Source: an uncultured bacterium (lineage in GTDB: Bacteria; Chloroflexota; UBA5177; JANWHV01). Taken from it: a stretch of 64,000 nucleotides of DNA. Positions 39,516 through 50,020 of the stretch are shown here, piece after piece. The first letter of the stretch is position 1, and every line of letters begins with the position of its first letter. Where the stretch lies: the NCBI GenBank assembly GCA_963827235.1, contig CAWHAE010000020.1, positions 128,001 to 192,000 on the forward strand, in the 5' to 3' direction. The translations under genes and the position numbers were made by a program. The notes under the pieces were generated by a model that saw nothing but the letters and a program-made list of their open reading frames with translations, made no database searches and was not told where the DNA came from.

Positions 39516-40525
39516 GCCTGCCACTCCTGCGCGCCGATCGCTGCTTGCCGCGCCTCTGGTTCACCCTGCGTTTCCCGGACCTCGCCGGCTTCCCGGCCAC
39601 CGCTGCTCCTCTGCTGAAGAGCAGTTTGCCGGACGGCGACTGCCACGGAGACGTCGTCGCCGCTGCCTTGGTCCGACACGTTTCGCAGCACGGCGGAGAG
39701 GTGCTGCTGGACATACTTCCGGCCGCGCGTCTGCACCGCTGCCAGCAGGTCCCGAGCGAACTTGTGACAGCCGTCGTCGTCCTGGTAGCTCGTCGGAAGG
39801 CCGTCCGTTGTCAGCAGCAGCATCGCCGGCCAGTTGTCTCGGACCGCCGCCACGCCGAGCCGCACGTTGTCGACCGCGTGGCTCTGGCAGAGTGAGGTCG
39901 TCTCCACGCCCAGCAAACTGTTGTCCTCGCCGAGCGGCGATTCGACCGTACCCTGATCGTCCACGCTCAGGATGTTGCCGTCGCCGAGCTGCAGGTAGAA
40001 TATGGAATCCGCGGCAACCAGGGTGGCGAGCAGCGTGCTGCCGTAAGCACGGAGCATTCCGGTCGGGTCCCCGGAGTCGGTGCTCTTCAGGAGCGGTCGT
40101 TCATCAGTCTCAAATGGATGCTGCTCGGCGTCGATGGTCACCGCCTCTCGCCAGTTGCGAACGATCAGGGCGGCGAGGCGATGGGCTTCCGGCTCGCGCA
40201 GATCTCGATAGGTCTGCCGGCGATTCGGCCACAATACCTGGAGTGCGACGGTGACGGCCAGCTCCGCACCTTTGGCGCTGCGGAAGCTCGCGGCGCTGCC
40301 GTGGCCGTCGGCCACCGCCAGGAGCACATTCCGGCCCCGCGTACTGCCGGAACGGCTGCCGGCCAGAAAGCTCCAGCAATCCTGGTTCGGCTTCCCGTTG
40401 CGCACGTGCGTCGCGCCGCGTACCGTGTCGCCAATCACGCGCCAGCCGGGCAGGTGATCGGCGGCGTCACCGGCGGAGCTCCGGGCCCCTTCTCCTGCGG
40501 CGCACGGCTCACTGGAGCTCACCAT
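39512..40525 (-). CDS. PP2C family phosphatase (TerY-P type)
   Basis: VRGATH..NQD, AVADGHGS, YGSTL, LGDG, ETTSL, LTTDG, GSGDDVSV; start overlaps the terY stop. Confidence 0.9.
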   Translation of the reverse strand: MVSSSEPCAAGEGARSSAGDAADHLPGWRVIGDTVRGATHVRNGKPNQDCWSFLAGSRSGSTRGRNVLLAVADGHGSAASFRSAKGAELAVTVALQVLWPNRRQTYRDLREPEAHRLAALIVRNWREAVTIDAEQHPFETDERPLLKSTDSGDPTGMLRAYGSTLLATLVAADSIFYLQLGDGNILSVDDQGTVESPLGEDNSLLGVETTSLCQSHAVDNVRLGVAAVRDNWPAMLLLTTDGLPTSYQDDDGCHKFARDLLAAVQTRGRKYVQQHLSAVLRNVSDQGSGDDVSVAVAVRQTALQQRSSGGREAGEVRETQGEPEARQAAIGAQEWQA

Positions 40526-41241
40526 ACGTCTCCCACGGCCACGCCCGAGTCCTGCGAGTTCGAGGGCTCTGGCGGCGGCGGCAAAGGCACGTTGCTGGAC
40601 GGCTGCGGCCCGGCCGGTAGGCTGGCCGGCGCCGATGCAGACTTCAACACTGCCGTGGACGCCCACTTGATGAATCGAACCAGGTCGGCCGCGTTTCTCG
40701 CCTCGAGCGGCTGAAGCTCGACATTGCCGATGAACTGGCGCAGAGGATCCAGGTCGGCGTCGTTGCCCAGTGCGATGGCGATCCGGACGGACTTGCGCGC
40801 CCAGGGCTGCTCCAGCAGCTCCTTCAATCCGAGCGAGAAATCGTCGGTGGGCTGGCCGTCGGAGAGCAGCACCAGCACGGGCGGCAGGGCGCGATCGCTC
40901 ATGGGCGGCATCTTGAGCTGGGCGGCAACTTCCTTCAGCGCGGCGCCCATGTCGGTCATGCCCCCGGCCTCCAGGGGCGGCCAGGTGAAGCTGTCGACAG
41001 GAGTCGGAGTTGCCACGTGCCACCTAGCCCCGTCGGAAAACGCCACCGCGCGGACCAGTACCTGTGCGTTCGGATTCTCGTCCGCGACCTTGCGCATCTC
41101 CGGCAGTGCTTCCCTGATCGCTGTGTTGAGCGCCTGGATCTTGCCGTCGACGGCCATGGATCCCGAGCAGTCGGCAATGAATATGAAATGAAGCGGCCGG
41201 CTGGAGAGGCTGCCGCCGAGCTGCATTTCTGGCTGAGCCAT
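40519..41241 (-). CDS. terY: TerY-like vWA domain protein
   Basis: RPLHFIFIADCSGSM (MIDAS), GKIQALN, GGMTDMG, LLSDGQPTD, RIAIALG; GGAGG RBS; Pro-rich tail. Confidence 0.88.
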   Translation of the reverse strand: MAQPEMQLGGSLSSRPLHFIFIADCSGSMAVDGKIQALNTAIREALPEMRKVADENPNAQVLVRAVAFSDGARWHVATPTPVDSFTWPPLEAGGMTDMGAALKEVAAQLKMPPMSDRALPPVLVLLSDGQPTDDFSLGLKELLEQPWARKSVRIAIALGNDADLDPLRQFIGNVELQPLEARNAADLVRFIKWASTAVLKSASAPASLPAGPQPSSNVPLPPPPEPSNSQDSGVAVGDVW

Positions 41242-41449
41242 CTGATCTCCTCCGAGGCCACCAGAGCTTCCGGCACACGATACCGGCCGGGACGCTTCAG
41301 AGGCGATTTGCGCGGCTGCGCTGGCTCGCCGGTACGGAAACGCTGGGGGCGACCGCCTACAATATACAGCACGATGCGTCGCTCGGGCGCGATAGCGCCG
41401 AGCCTATCTTCGATCTGCGATCGTGGCCACCGGCCCGGCAACCTGCCTG

Positions 41450-43465
41450 TCAGCCCTGCCGGAACACGCAGCCCCAGTTGGCCAGGACGGCGTATCCTTC
41501 GAGACGGTAGTCCGTCACGGACAGGGACGTGTTGCCGTTCAGCAGGTCGATCCATTGGCCGTTGACCGGCAGCGGCACGTCCACCAGCTGAGTGCTGTCC
41601 GAGAAGTTCAGCACTACCATGAAGCGCTCGACCTGGCCGTCGGCTGTGTTACCCCAGCGGTGGTAGATGATCACCTGCCTCGACTCGTCGACGCCGTAGC
41701 CATCGGGCGAGAAGTTATGCCAGCTCAAGTCGTAGTAGTCGGGATAGAAGTTGGGCGAGCGAAGGCCCGGGTGCGCGCGCCGCATGCCGAGCAGGAAGCT
41801 GTAGCGATCGCGCATCGTCTTGCCGATCATGTCGTAGTTCTCGCCCCAGACCAACGGGCGGGACTGGACCCGCTTCATCTGCGGAGGTGCGTGCGAGTCG
41901 TCTTCCCACAACTCCTCAACCTGGCCCCATTCCTGCCCATTGTGTACCAGTACTGTGCCCGAGCACGTAGCAAGGGCAATCATGAAGGGCTGTGCCTTGT
42001 ACCAGCGGTCGCGCGACCCCACCACGTAGGTCACCGTGGCATGATCGTGGTTCTCTATGTAGATCGTGGGGCAGATGGGGGCGTCGAAATCCAGCGCCGA
42101 GTTGAGGACGCGCATGTATGCCGAGTCGACATGGCCGCTCAGTGCGTAGCCGTGGAAGATATCGAATGGGTACGAGCGGAATGGGTCGAACCAGGCGCCG
42201 GTCGGCTGGATGGTACTGGTATCGCCGATCACGCTGAAGTCCCAGGCATCCTCGAGGATGAGAGAGACGTTCTCTAGGTCGTGCGCCTGCGCGATCTCCT
42301 TCAGGTCCGCGATCAGCTTGGGCGCGCCTTCCTGGGGGAATTTGGGCTTGTCGTACCCGGTAACCTGGTCGAAGCGGAATCCGTCGAGTTTGAACCGCAG
42401 CAGCCAGTACGCGCATACGTCGGTGACGAGTTGTTGGGTGCAGAGGTTGTCGTAGTCGAGCGGCAACATGCTGAAGTCGTTCGTGCTCACGAACTGACCG
42501 ACGAACGGCGAGTCAGCGGGATCCTGCCACAGCCAGTAGTACGGGAACCCGTTCGTTCCCGAACCCTGCCGGGCATGCTGCAATACGATATCCAGCAAGA
42601 CATGCAGGTTACGCGCGTGGCACTCCGTGATCAGCCTGGCGAGACGAGCCAGGCGATCGATGCGGTCGCTCGGGTCGTTGACATACGCGGACTCGACCGA
42701 GAAGAAGTAGGCCGGGTCGTAGCCCCAGCTGAAGTCCTCGTCGTCCGGCCAGGCAATCCAGGGCATGAACTCGATGGCGTTGACGTTGAGCGATTTCACC
42801 GCGTCGAGCTTGTCGACCACGGCGTCCACGGCGGGCCGCTGCCCGCGGTATTCCTTTGTGAAGTCGTCGATCATCAGCTCGTAGACGATCAGATCCCGCG
42901 AGGGCAGCCTCTTCTCAAGAGGCACCGGATCGATGGCCGGCCCCCCAACCACGAAAGCGGAACGATCGAGCGAGTCGCCGCCATACTTGGTGCAGGGATC
43001 GCCGACCGTGCGCACCGTCCCGTTCTCAAAGCGGACGACGAATTGGTACTGGTAAAACCCATCGGGAAGCGGCGAGGGGAACTGATAGGAGAAGAGAAAG
43101 CCGTGGTCGTGTTGGCCGCGCGTCATGGGCAAACCGCTTGCCGCGTCCCAGTTCGTGAGTCCGGGGCTGACGAGGCTCTGGAAATCGCCTACGATGGTGA
43201 CTTCGGCGATGCGGCAAGGTCCGCCGCGAACGTACTGCTTCGGATCGACTGCGTTGTCCGGCACGAACAGAGTCAACTGCCGGCCCCCGTCGTCGGAGCG
43301 CGAGAAACCGAATTGCTCGTACAAGGCTCTCCTCCGATACTCTGCTGGCGCAACGGCACGACCCGGATCGACCTTGGGCACGATGGGCGTTCCTGCCGCT
43401 GCGGCGACGCCGACGCCACTCCATCCGTGGTACTCGCGCGACGGAGCGAGGTTCCGCGCGGGCAT
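41450..43465 (-). CDS. GH13 alpha-amylase family glycosidase (branching enzyme/trehalohydrolase-like)
   Basis: IVYELMIDDF, IEFMPW, SWGYDP, catalytic GFRFD / LED / IENHDH; start uncertain. Confidence 0.85.
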   Translation of the reverse strand: MPARNLAPSREYHGWSGVGVAAAAGTPIVPKVDPGRAVAPAEYRRRALYEQFGFSRSDDGGRQLTLFVPDNAVDPKQYVRGGPCRIAEVTIVGDFQSLVSPGLTNWDAASGLPMTRGQHDHGFLFSYQFPSPLPDGFYQYQFVVRFENGTVRTVGDPCTKYGGDSLDRSAFVVGGPAIDPVPLEKRLPSRDLIVYELMIDDFTKEYRGQRPAVDAVVDKLDAVKSLNVNAIEFMPWIAWPDDEDFSWGYDPAYFFSVESAYVNDPSDRIDRLARLARLITECHARNLHVLLDIVLQHARQGSGTNGFPYYWLWQDPADSPFVGQFVSTNDFSMLPLDYDNLCTQQLVTDVCAYWLLRFKLDGFRFDQVTGYDKPKFPQEGAPKLIADLKEIAQAHDLENVSLILEDAWDFSVIGDTSTIQPTGAWFDPFRSYPFDIFHGYALSGHVDSAYMRVLNSALDFDAPICPTIYIENHDHATVTYVVGSRDRWYKAQPFMIALATCSGTVLVHNGQEWGQVEELWEDDSHAPPQMKRVQSRPLVWGENYDMIGKTMRDRYSFLLGMRRAHPGLRSPNFYPDYYDLSWHNFSPDGYGVDESRQVIIYHRWGNTADGQVERFMVVLNFSDSTQLVDVPLPVNGQWIDLLNGNTSLSVTDYRLEGYAVLANWGCVFRQG

Positions 43466-43649
43466 GCACGGCCCACTCCGGCTCGTGTCTACGCAGGATG
43501 CCTCTGCCGTCACTCTACTACGTGGACGGGTGTACCGCAACCCGGAACCCCCGCGCCGCTCCGCGCAGCAGGCTAGTGAGTATACTGCCTACAGTATTGC
43601 CCGAGCCCACGAGGATCGCGGCAGACGTAGCGATAGGTGCTGAACGTAG

Positions 43650-44360
43650 ATGAGCAGCTCGTCGACGATCGTTGCCCTCCAGCAGGAGGCGCTCTGGCAG
43701 CGGGTCGTGCACGCCTTGCGCCGTGCCATTGTGACTGGCGAACTCGAGGCCGGCTTGCATCTCAAGGAGCCGGCATTGGCCCAACGCTACGGCGTCAGCC
43801 GCCTGCCCATACGCGAGGCGATCGCCCAGCTCGAGCGAGAGGGCCTGGTGCGCAGCGAGCCTCGCCGCGGTGCCTATGTGGTCGGTATCACGGACCAGGT
43901 GATCAGTGACATCTACGACTGCCGGCTGCTGATCGAGGCGTACGCGCTCAAGCGAGTGGCCCAGTCGATCGACGAAGAGGGTTTGGCCGCGCTCGAGGAG
44001 CTGGTCGACCAGATGGAGCGCGACGTGATGCTGGACCAGGTGCAGTCCGTGGCGGTCTGCGACCTGGCCTTTCACCGCCGGATCGTCGAGCTGGCCGGGA
44101 ATCGAGCCCTCGCATCTGCTTGGGAGCCGCTCACACCGCTGATCGCCACTGCGCTGGGCATCGCCGAGGCCGCCGTGCCCGATCTGCCGGCCGCCGTCCA
44201 CGGGCATCGCCTGCTGCTCGACGCCCTGCGCGCGCATGACCCGGACGCCGCCGTGCAGGAGCTCTCGGCCCACCTTCCGGTCGGCGGTCAGCTGGTCATC
44301 GATGCCATCAAGAACATCCGAGAGGCGCACGCGAGGCGCGACCAGTCTGCTCCGATCTGA
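43650..44360 (+). CDS. GntR family (FadR/FCD) transcriptional regulator
   Basis: LAQRYGVSRLPIREAIAQLEREGLV; DLAFHRRIVELAGN. Confidence 0.92.
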   Translation: MSSSSTIVALQQEALWQRVVHALRRAIVTGELEAGLHLKEPALAQRYGVSRLPIREAIAQLEREGLVRSEPRRGAYVVGITDQVISDIYDCRLLIEAYALKRVAQSIDEEGLAALEELVDQMERDVMLDQVQSVAVCDLAFHRRIVELAGNRALASAWEPLTPLIATALGIAEAAVPDLPAAVHGHRLLLDALRAHDPDAAVQELSAHLPVGGQLVIDAIKNIREAHARRDQSAPI

Positions 44361-44495
44361 CGTCTGCACGCTCGTGGCCACGCCCGCGTGGTCCGCCTCA
44401 CCAGCCCGGCGAATCGGTGTCTCACAGTTACTCTGCTGCCGGCACACTGATGGCAAATCGCCGGACCACAGGTCACGTCCCGGAACCTGCATCGC

Positions 44496-44552
44496 TTGAC
44501 ACTCCACCCGGGGTGCGGTAACGTACGAATGGGAACCCCACCCCGGGTGGGG
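44496..44552 (+). promoter_or_regulatory. Sigma70-type promoter with two CsoR-type C/G-tract operators
   Basis: TTGACA 44496-44501, 17 bp spacer, TAACGT 44519-44524. CCACCCGGGGTG lies in the spacer and near-palindrome CCCCACCCCGGGTGGGG at 44536-44552. Confidence 0.7.
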
Positions 44553-44586
44553 AGGCGTGGAGAGTGACGGGAAGGGTGCGACCGCG

Positions 44587-44985
44587 ATGTTGCCCGAGTA
44601 CAAGAAAGAGGCAACGCTCAGGCTCAAAGTGGCGGCCGGGCACCTCGAAGGCGTTCGGCGGATGGTGGAAAACGAGGAATACTGCGTCGACCTGATGAAG
44701 CAGCTGGCTGCCGTACAAGGCACCCTGCAACGGGTGCAGCAGATCTTCTTGCGCAATCACCTCTCCACCTGCGTTTCCACCGCGATCAGAAACGGCATGG
44801 GTGAGGCCATTATCGAAGAGCTCATGGGCGCCCTGAAATACGACACGAGCCTGGTGGACGGCCGCGGCACGCTTGGTGCCGACCTGCTGCACGCGCCGGA
44901 GCGGCCCGAACAGGCGCCGCCATGCTGCGAGACAGATAGCATGGCCGGCGCGGTCGCGCCTGCGGGATCGCGCGAGGAGCGGTGA
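44587..44985 (+). CDS. csoR: Copper-sensing repressor CsoR family
   Basis: RLKVAAGHLEGVRRMVE.EEYCVD...NHLSTC (C-H-C ligands); stop overlaps the copA ATG (TGATG). Confidence 0.88.
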   Translation: MLPEYKKEATLRLKVAAGHLEGVRRMVENEEYCVDLMKQLAAVQGTLQRVQQIFLRNHLSTCVSTAIRNGMGEAIIEELMGALKYDTSLVDGRGTLGADLLHAPERPEQAPPCCETDSMAGAVAPAGSREER

Positions 44986-47503
44986 TGAGCACCATTCCTG
45001 CTCCCCGTGCCGGCGAGCTCGACGCCGGCTATGCCCGCGCCGATCTGGCGATCGGCGGCATGACCTGCGCCTCGTGCGTGGCACGGGTCGAGCGCAGGCT
45101 GGGCAGATTGACGGTGTGGCGGCGCAGGTAAACCTCGCGACCGACCGCGCGACGGTTGCCTACGACCGGACGGCTATCGATGTCGACGACCTGGTGCACG
45201 CGATAGAAGCCGCGGGTTACAGCGCCCGGCCCCTGACCGCCGGTCCGGCGATCGCCGAGGCGCCGGAATCCGGCCTTGTCCGGCAAGAGCTGGCAATCGC
45301 TGGCATGACCTGCGCCTCGTGCGTGGCGCGCGATCGAGCGGAAGCTGGGCAAGGTCGACCGGCGTGCGCTCGGCCCAGGTAAACCTGGCGACCGAACGGG
45401 CCGTGGTGATGTATGACCCGGCGGTCGCCAGCCCCGCGATGCTGATCGGGGCGGTGGAGGCGGCCGGTTACGGCGCCGGCCCGGTGGTCGAGCGCCAGGC
45501 CGGTCGAGACGGGGAGACCGAGGCGCGCCACCGCGATCTTGCCGGGCGCCGCCGTCTGCTCGGTCTGGGCATCGCCCTGAGCATCGCCGTCATGGCAGCG
45601 GCGACGTTGCCCGGACTGGCCGGCTTTCCCAGCTCCAGGTCGCACAATACTCTGCTGGCCCTGCTCGCTCTGCCCGCATGGCTCGTACGTGGGCCGTGAC
45701 TTCCACCGTGGCGCCCTGGTGAATCTGCGACACCGAGCTGCCAGCATGGACACCCTGATCTCGCTTGGCTCCTCCGTTGCTTACCTGTACAGTCTGGTGT
45801 TGACATTCGGCGCAGGCGGCGGCGATGTCTACTTCGACACGGCAGCGCTGATCGTCACCCTGATCTACCTGGGCAAGTATCTGGAAGCAGCGGCGAAGCG
45901 CAAGGCGAGCGAGGCAATCCGGCACCTGGCAGGATTGCAGCCCAGCACGGCCCGCGTCGTGCGGAACGGGCAGGAGCGCGATCTGCCTATCGAACAGGTC
46001 GTGCCCGGCGACGTCCTGCTCATCCGGCCCGGGGAGAAGGTGCCCGTGGACGGCGCTGGTGCTGGAAGGCGAAAGCGGCGTGGACGAGTCCATGGTCACC
46101 GGTGAGAGCCTGTCCGTCTCCAAGTCCACCGGTGACCCGGTGGTCGGCGCCACGGTCAATGGCACCGGGCTGCTGCGGGTACGGGCTACTGCCGTGGGCA
46201 GCCGCACCGTGCTGGCAGGGATCATCCGCCTGGTCGAGCAGGCACAGGGTTCTAAGGCGCCGGTACAGCGCCTGGCCGACCGCATCTCCGGTGTTTTCGT
46301 GCCGGTGGTGATCGGACTGGCCGCACTCACCCTGCTCGGCTGGCTGCTGAGCGGACACGGTCTCGGCCAGGCCCTGATCCCGGCGATTGCCGTGCTGATC
46401 ATCGCCTGCCCGTGCGCGCTGGGCCTGGCCACGCCGACGGCGATCATGGTCGGCACCGGACGCGGAGCCGGCATGGGCATCCTGATCAAGGGCGGTGAGA
46501 GTCTCGAGCGCATCCGGGCGCTCACCTCGGTGGTGCTGGACAAGACCGGCACGGTCACCGAGGGCAAGCCGCGCCTGGTCGACGTCTTGCCCCTCTCCGA
46601 CCTGACGCCCGAGAACCTCCTTCGGCTGGCGGCCGGACTCGAGCGCGGCAGCGAGCATCCTCTCGGCCAGGCCGTCGTGCATGCAGCCGAGGAGCGCGGC
46701 CTCTCGCTCCCGCCCACGCCCGCGGACTTCCACTCTATCACGGGTGGCGGTGTCGAGGGCACCGTGGAAGGTCACCTGGTGCTGGTGGGCTCGCGCAGGC
46801 TGCTCGCGGAGCAAGGGGTAGCACCGACGGACACGGGAGACGCCCTCGAGAGCGCCCTGCAGGCAGGGGGCGCGACCGGCCTGCTGGTCGCCGTGGACGG
46901 CCGCCTGGCCGGACTGCTCGCGGTGACGGACACCGTGAAGGAGGGCGCCGCGGCGGCGGTGGCGTCGCTCCAGGCCCTCGGCCTGGACGTGATGCTGCTT
47001 ACGGGCGACAACGCGCGCGCCGCGGCGGCGGTCGGGCGCGAGGTGGGCATTGGCCGAGTGACGGCGGAGGTCCGGCCTGAAGAGAAGGCTGCCGAGGTGG
47101 TGCGGCTGCAGGCCCAGGGTGAGGTGGTGGCCATGGTAGGCGACGGCATCAACGACGCTCCGGCGCTGGCCGCGGCCGACGTCGGCATAGCCTGGGCACG
47201 GGCACCGGCGTGGCCATGGCCGCCGCCGACATCACTCTGGTGCGCGGCGACCTGCGCGCCGTGCCGGATGCCATCGCCCTCTCTCGCGCCACCATGCGCA
47301 CGATCAAGCAGAATCTGTTCTGGGCGTTCTTCTACAACGCGATCCTCATTCCGCTGGCCGCGCTGGGCGTCGTGAATCCGATCTTTGCCGCCTCGGCCAT
47401 GGCGTTTTCGTCCGTCAGCGTGACCGGCAACAGTCTGCGCCTGGCTCGCTTCCGCCTCTCCTCTCCGGCCTCCCGTGTGGTCGGGGCGGGCGCCCTGCCG
47501 TGA
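44985..47503 (+). pseudogene. copA: Cu(I)-translocating P1B-type ATPase broken by about 6 single-base indels (pseudogene or sequencing error)
   Basis: Two GMTCASC HMA domains, [35 protein letters not shown] and AMAFSS spread across frames; shifts near 45104, 45332, 45360, 45685, 46055, 47191. Confidence 0.88.
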
Positions 47504-47735
47504 AGGGTTGGAAGTCCCGATGCTCTGGTGAGGCCACGACGGGATCTATACACCGCGACGGTGCCCCGGGACGAATTCCGGCGTTGCTCACGGCCCACCA
47601 GGCGCGGCATTCATACCGCCCGTGCGTGTTTCGCCGTGGCTTGCGTATGGAGTGAAGAATGTATGGGTGGTCTGCCGCCCTGAGGTCTCGCGCCGCGACC
47701 TGCGCCGCGACTCATGTAGCTTCGAGGGAGTTTGA

Positions 47736-47948
47736 ATGATGAGTACCGCAACCTATACCGCGCCCGCGATCTCCTGCCAGCATTGCCAGCACGCCATCGA
47801 GAGCGCCATCAGCGCACTGGCCGGCGTGGAGTCCGTGCACGTGGATATCGCCACCAAGCGCGTCGACGTGCGCTACGATCCGGCGCAGGTTGACGAAGCC
47901 AGACTCGTGGCCACGCTGGACGAAGAGGGCTATCCCGTCGCTCGCTGA
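47736..47948 (+). CDS. copZ: Copper chaperone (HMA domain)
   Basis: 70 aa; ISCQHC, DEEGYPV; GAGGGAG RBS. Confidence 0.88.
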   Translation: MMSTATYTAPAISCQHCQHAIESAISALAGVESVHVDIATKRVDVRYDPAQVDEARLVATLDEEGYPVAR

Positions 47949-48005
47949 CCGATCAGCTCCGGCACAGCGTGCGGACGAAGCAAGGTGCCCGGGAGAGTGG
48001 CGCGC

Positions 48006-48242
48006 CTACGGCTCGGTGTCCGGATCTGGGCAGGCAGCGTCCTCGCCGAGCAGCGTTTCGTGTTCGACCGCTTCGTCGCGGGCGTCGGCCTGAGCGATCT
48101 GGCGCAGCTTCCCGATCAGCTCTTCCAGCGTGCGGAAGCGATATTCCTCACCGCTCTGAGTGCTTGCGAGACGGCCCGCCCATTCGACGCCGTGGACATC
48201 CTGCCGTCGCCAGACCCTGAGGATGAACGACCTGTAGCGCAT
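48006..48242 (-). CDS. Small hypothetical protein (78 aa)
   Basis: CAGGAGG RBS; MRYRSFILRVW...WAGRL...GEEYRFRTLEELI, a pattern I recall from small Chloroflexota proteins. Confidence 0.6.
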   Translation of the reverse strand: MRYRSFILRVWRRQDVHGVEWAGRLASTQSGEEYRFRTLEELIGKLRQIAQADARDEAVEHETLLGEDAACPDPDTEP

Positions 48243-48886
48243 CCGTGCCTCCTGTCTGCGCGCATCGCCTGCGCCCAAGCTCCCGGCGTCCCGTTTGGCG
48301 GGCACCGTCTCCAGGTCGGCTCTCAGGAGTGTCCTGCCTTCTCCAGCCACGTCTGCACCACGTCCATGTCTCGGGCACGCTGCGAGCCGGATTCCCACGG
48401 CGTATCGCTGTTGCCGTCGCCGAATCGTGGAGCAGACCGGTACCTGTTCCCAGGGACCGCGCCACTTGAGTCCGCCCTGCACGTCACCGCCCAGTGCTTG
48501 TACCCAGGGACTGGGGGCACCTTGCCGGCCCCGCCCGTCGCCACCGGGAGCCCGCCCCAGGGGCCACGGGCATCCTGTCCGCCCCGTGGATCACCACGAT
48601 TCGGGCGAGATGCTCGCGGTCCCGCTGCGCCGCGAATCCTGTCGCTCGTCTGTTTGCCGACCGGAACAACTACCTGAGGGACTCTGTCCTTGAGACCGCT
48701 CGGGCACGGTGCCCAAACTGCTCTGTCTCGAGGCAAGTCGCTCGCAAAGCTGCTACTCCGCGAAACCCGGCCCTCCTCGTCTATTGGCCATGAGCAGCAA
48801 CCATGTAGCCAGCCTTGCCGTCGGGAAGCACGCACCTTGGTCGTTCCACCGCCGGCCGGTGCCGCGAGCCATGCGCGGCCGGACGA

Positions 48887-50020
48887 TCAGTCGTTCCATT
48901 GTAGGTAGCTGACCAGATCGCTGGCCCGGTTCCAGAATGTCGTGTTGGATGAGGCCGCCGTGGCCTGCAGCATATAGACGGACTCGCCACTCGCATCGGT
49001 TGCCGCCCACGCGTACGACACGGCCGGGAATGCCGCGCCACCCTGGGGCGTGAAGGTATAGCAGATCTTGATGTGGGTGCCGGTGACGCCGGCAACCGTG
49101 CCTTGCGATGCGTCGGTACATTGCGCCGCGTCCGGATATCGTTGCTGCAGATTCGTCAGAATTGATTGCAGTATTCCCTCGGCGGACTGGGCACTGCTCG
49201 ATTGGTCGTGCCCTATGTCCATGCTGTTGGGCTGCGTCTGGGTGTCGGTCAGCAGCATCTCGTTACTCGACTGCTGAGCGACCTGCCAGCCGGACGGCAA
49301 CTGAATGGAGAAGGTGTTCGTGGAGACGGTCTGGCCGGCATTCGCCTGAGTGGCCACGGGCGCGGCAGTGGGCTGCTCCTCGGCGTATGTGGCCGTGGGT
49401 TGAGCCAGTGCCGATGTCGGGCTGGCAGCCGCCGAGGTAGGTTGGGCAAGGGAGGAGGTCGAGCTTGGTGACGCCGACGCAGGCTGGGCCAATGCCGACG
49501 TCGGTTGCCCGGTCGCGGACGTAGGCTGGGCCAATGCCGGCGTGTTCACTGCGGTTGGTAACGCGGTGAGACCGTGAGCCGACGTAGGCTGAGCCGTCTC
49601 GTGCACGAGCACGGTGCCGGTGGCGTTCGGCGTGCCCGTCCCCTGCGTTGTCACCGACGGCGTGGCGGGCGCGGCCGTTGGCGTCGGCGTCGCCACGATG
49701 GAGATCGGCAATGTAGCGCTGCTGCCGTGGTGCGTCGTGAGCAAGCCGAGGGCGCCTATGACCGCCACCGCGCCGATCACCAGAGCCAGAATGGCCGTTC
49801 CAGGCAGGCGATGCGGCGGTGTCGTGCCGTAGGCATGCGGCGCGCCTGGGGGAGTGCCGGCGGGCGGGTAGCCTGCTCCAGGTGCGTAGGCAGGTTGCGC
49901 GGCGACCGGCTGCTGCGCGGCGCCTTCGCCGGGGGGGCACTGCAGACGCCCACCGCAGCGCGAGCAGAACAGCATGCCTTCGCTATAGGGAGTGCCACAT
50001 TGGGCGCAGGTAAGAGGCAT
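48887..50020 (-). CDS. Zinc-ribbon single-pass membrane protein with Pro/Thr/Ser stalk and PsbP/DcrB-like C-terminal domain
   Basis: CAQC...FCSRCG; Pro-rich segment; one TM; LAQPTSA repeats; FSIQLPSGW domain start (fold is inference). Confidence 0.75.
   Translation of the reverse strand: MPLTCAQCGTPYSEGMLFCSRCGGRLQCPPGEGAAQQPVAAQPAYAPGAGYPPAGTPPGAPHAYGTTPPHRLPGTAILALVIGAVAVIGALGLLTTHHGSSATLPISIVATPTPTAAPATPSVTTQGTGTPNATGTVLVHETAQPTSAHGLTALPTAVNTPALAQPTSATGQPTSALAQPASASPSSTSSLAQPTSAAASPTSALAQPTATYAEEQPTAAPVATQANAGQTVSTNTFSIQLPSGWQVAQQSSNEMLLTDTQTQPNSMDIGHDQSSSAQSAEGILQSILTNLQQRYPDAAQCTDASQGTVAGVTGTHIKICYTFTPQGGAAFPAVSYAWAATDASGESVYMLQATAASSNTTFWNRASDLVSYLQWND

Noticed and set aside
40526-41023. 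N-terminal extension of PP2C in the ORF track
   Set aside because: It lies inside terY in another frame; the coupled start at 40525 is more plausible.
40519-41241. Tellurite-resistance operon
   Set aside because: No terZABCDE genes are present; terY is in the kinase/phosphatase triad context.
44985-47503. Programmed frameshifting in copA
   Set aside because: About six shifts in both directions without slippery heptamers; the known copA recoding involves a single site.
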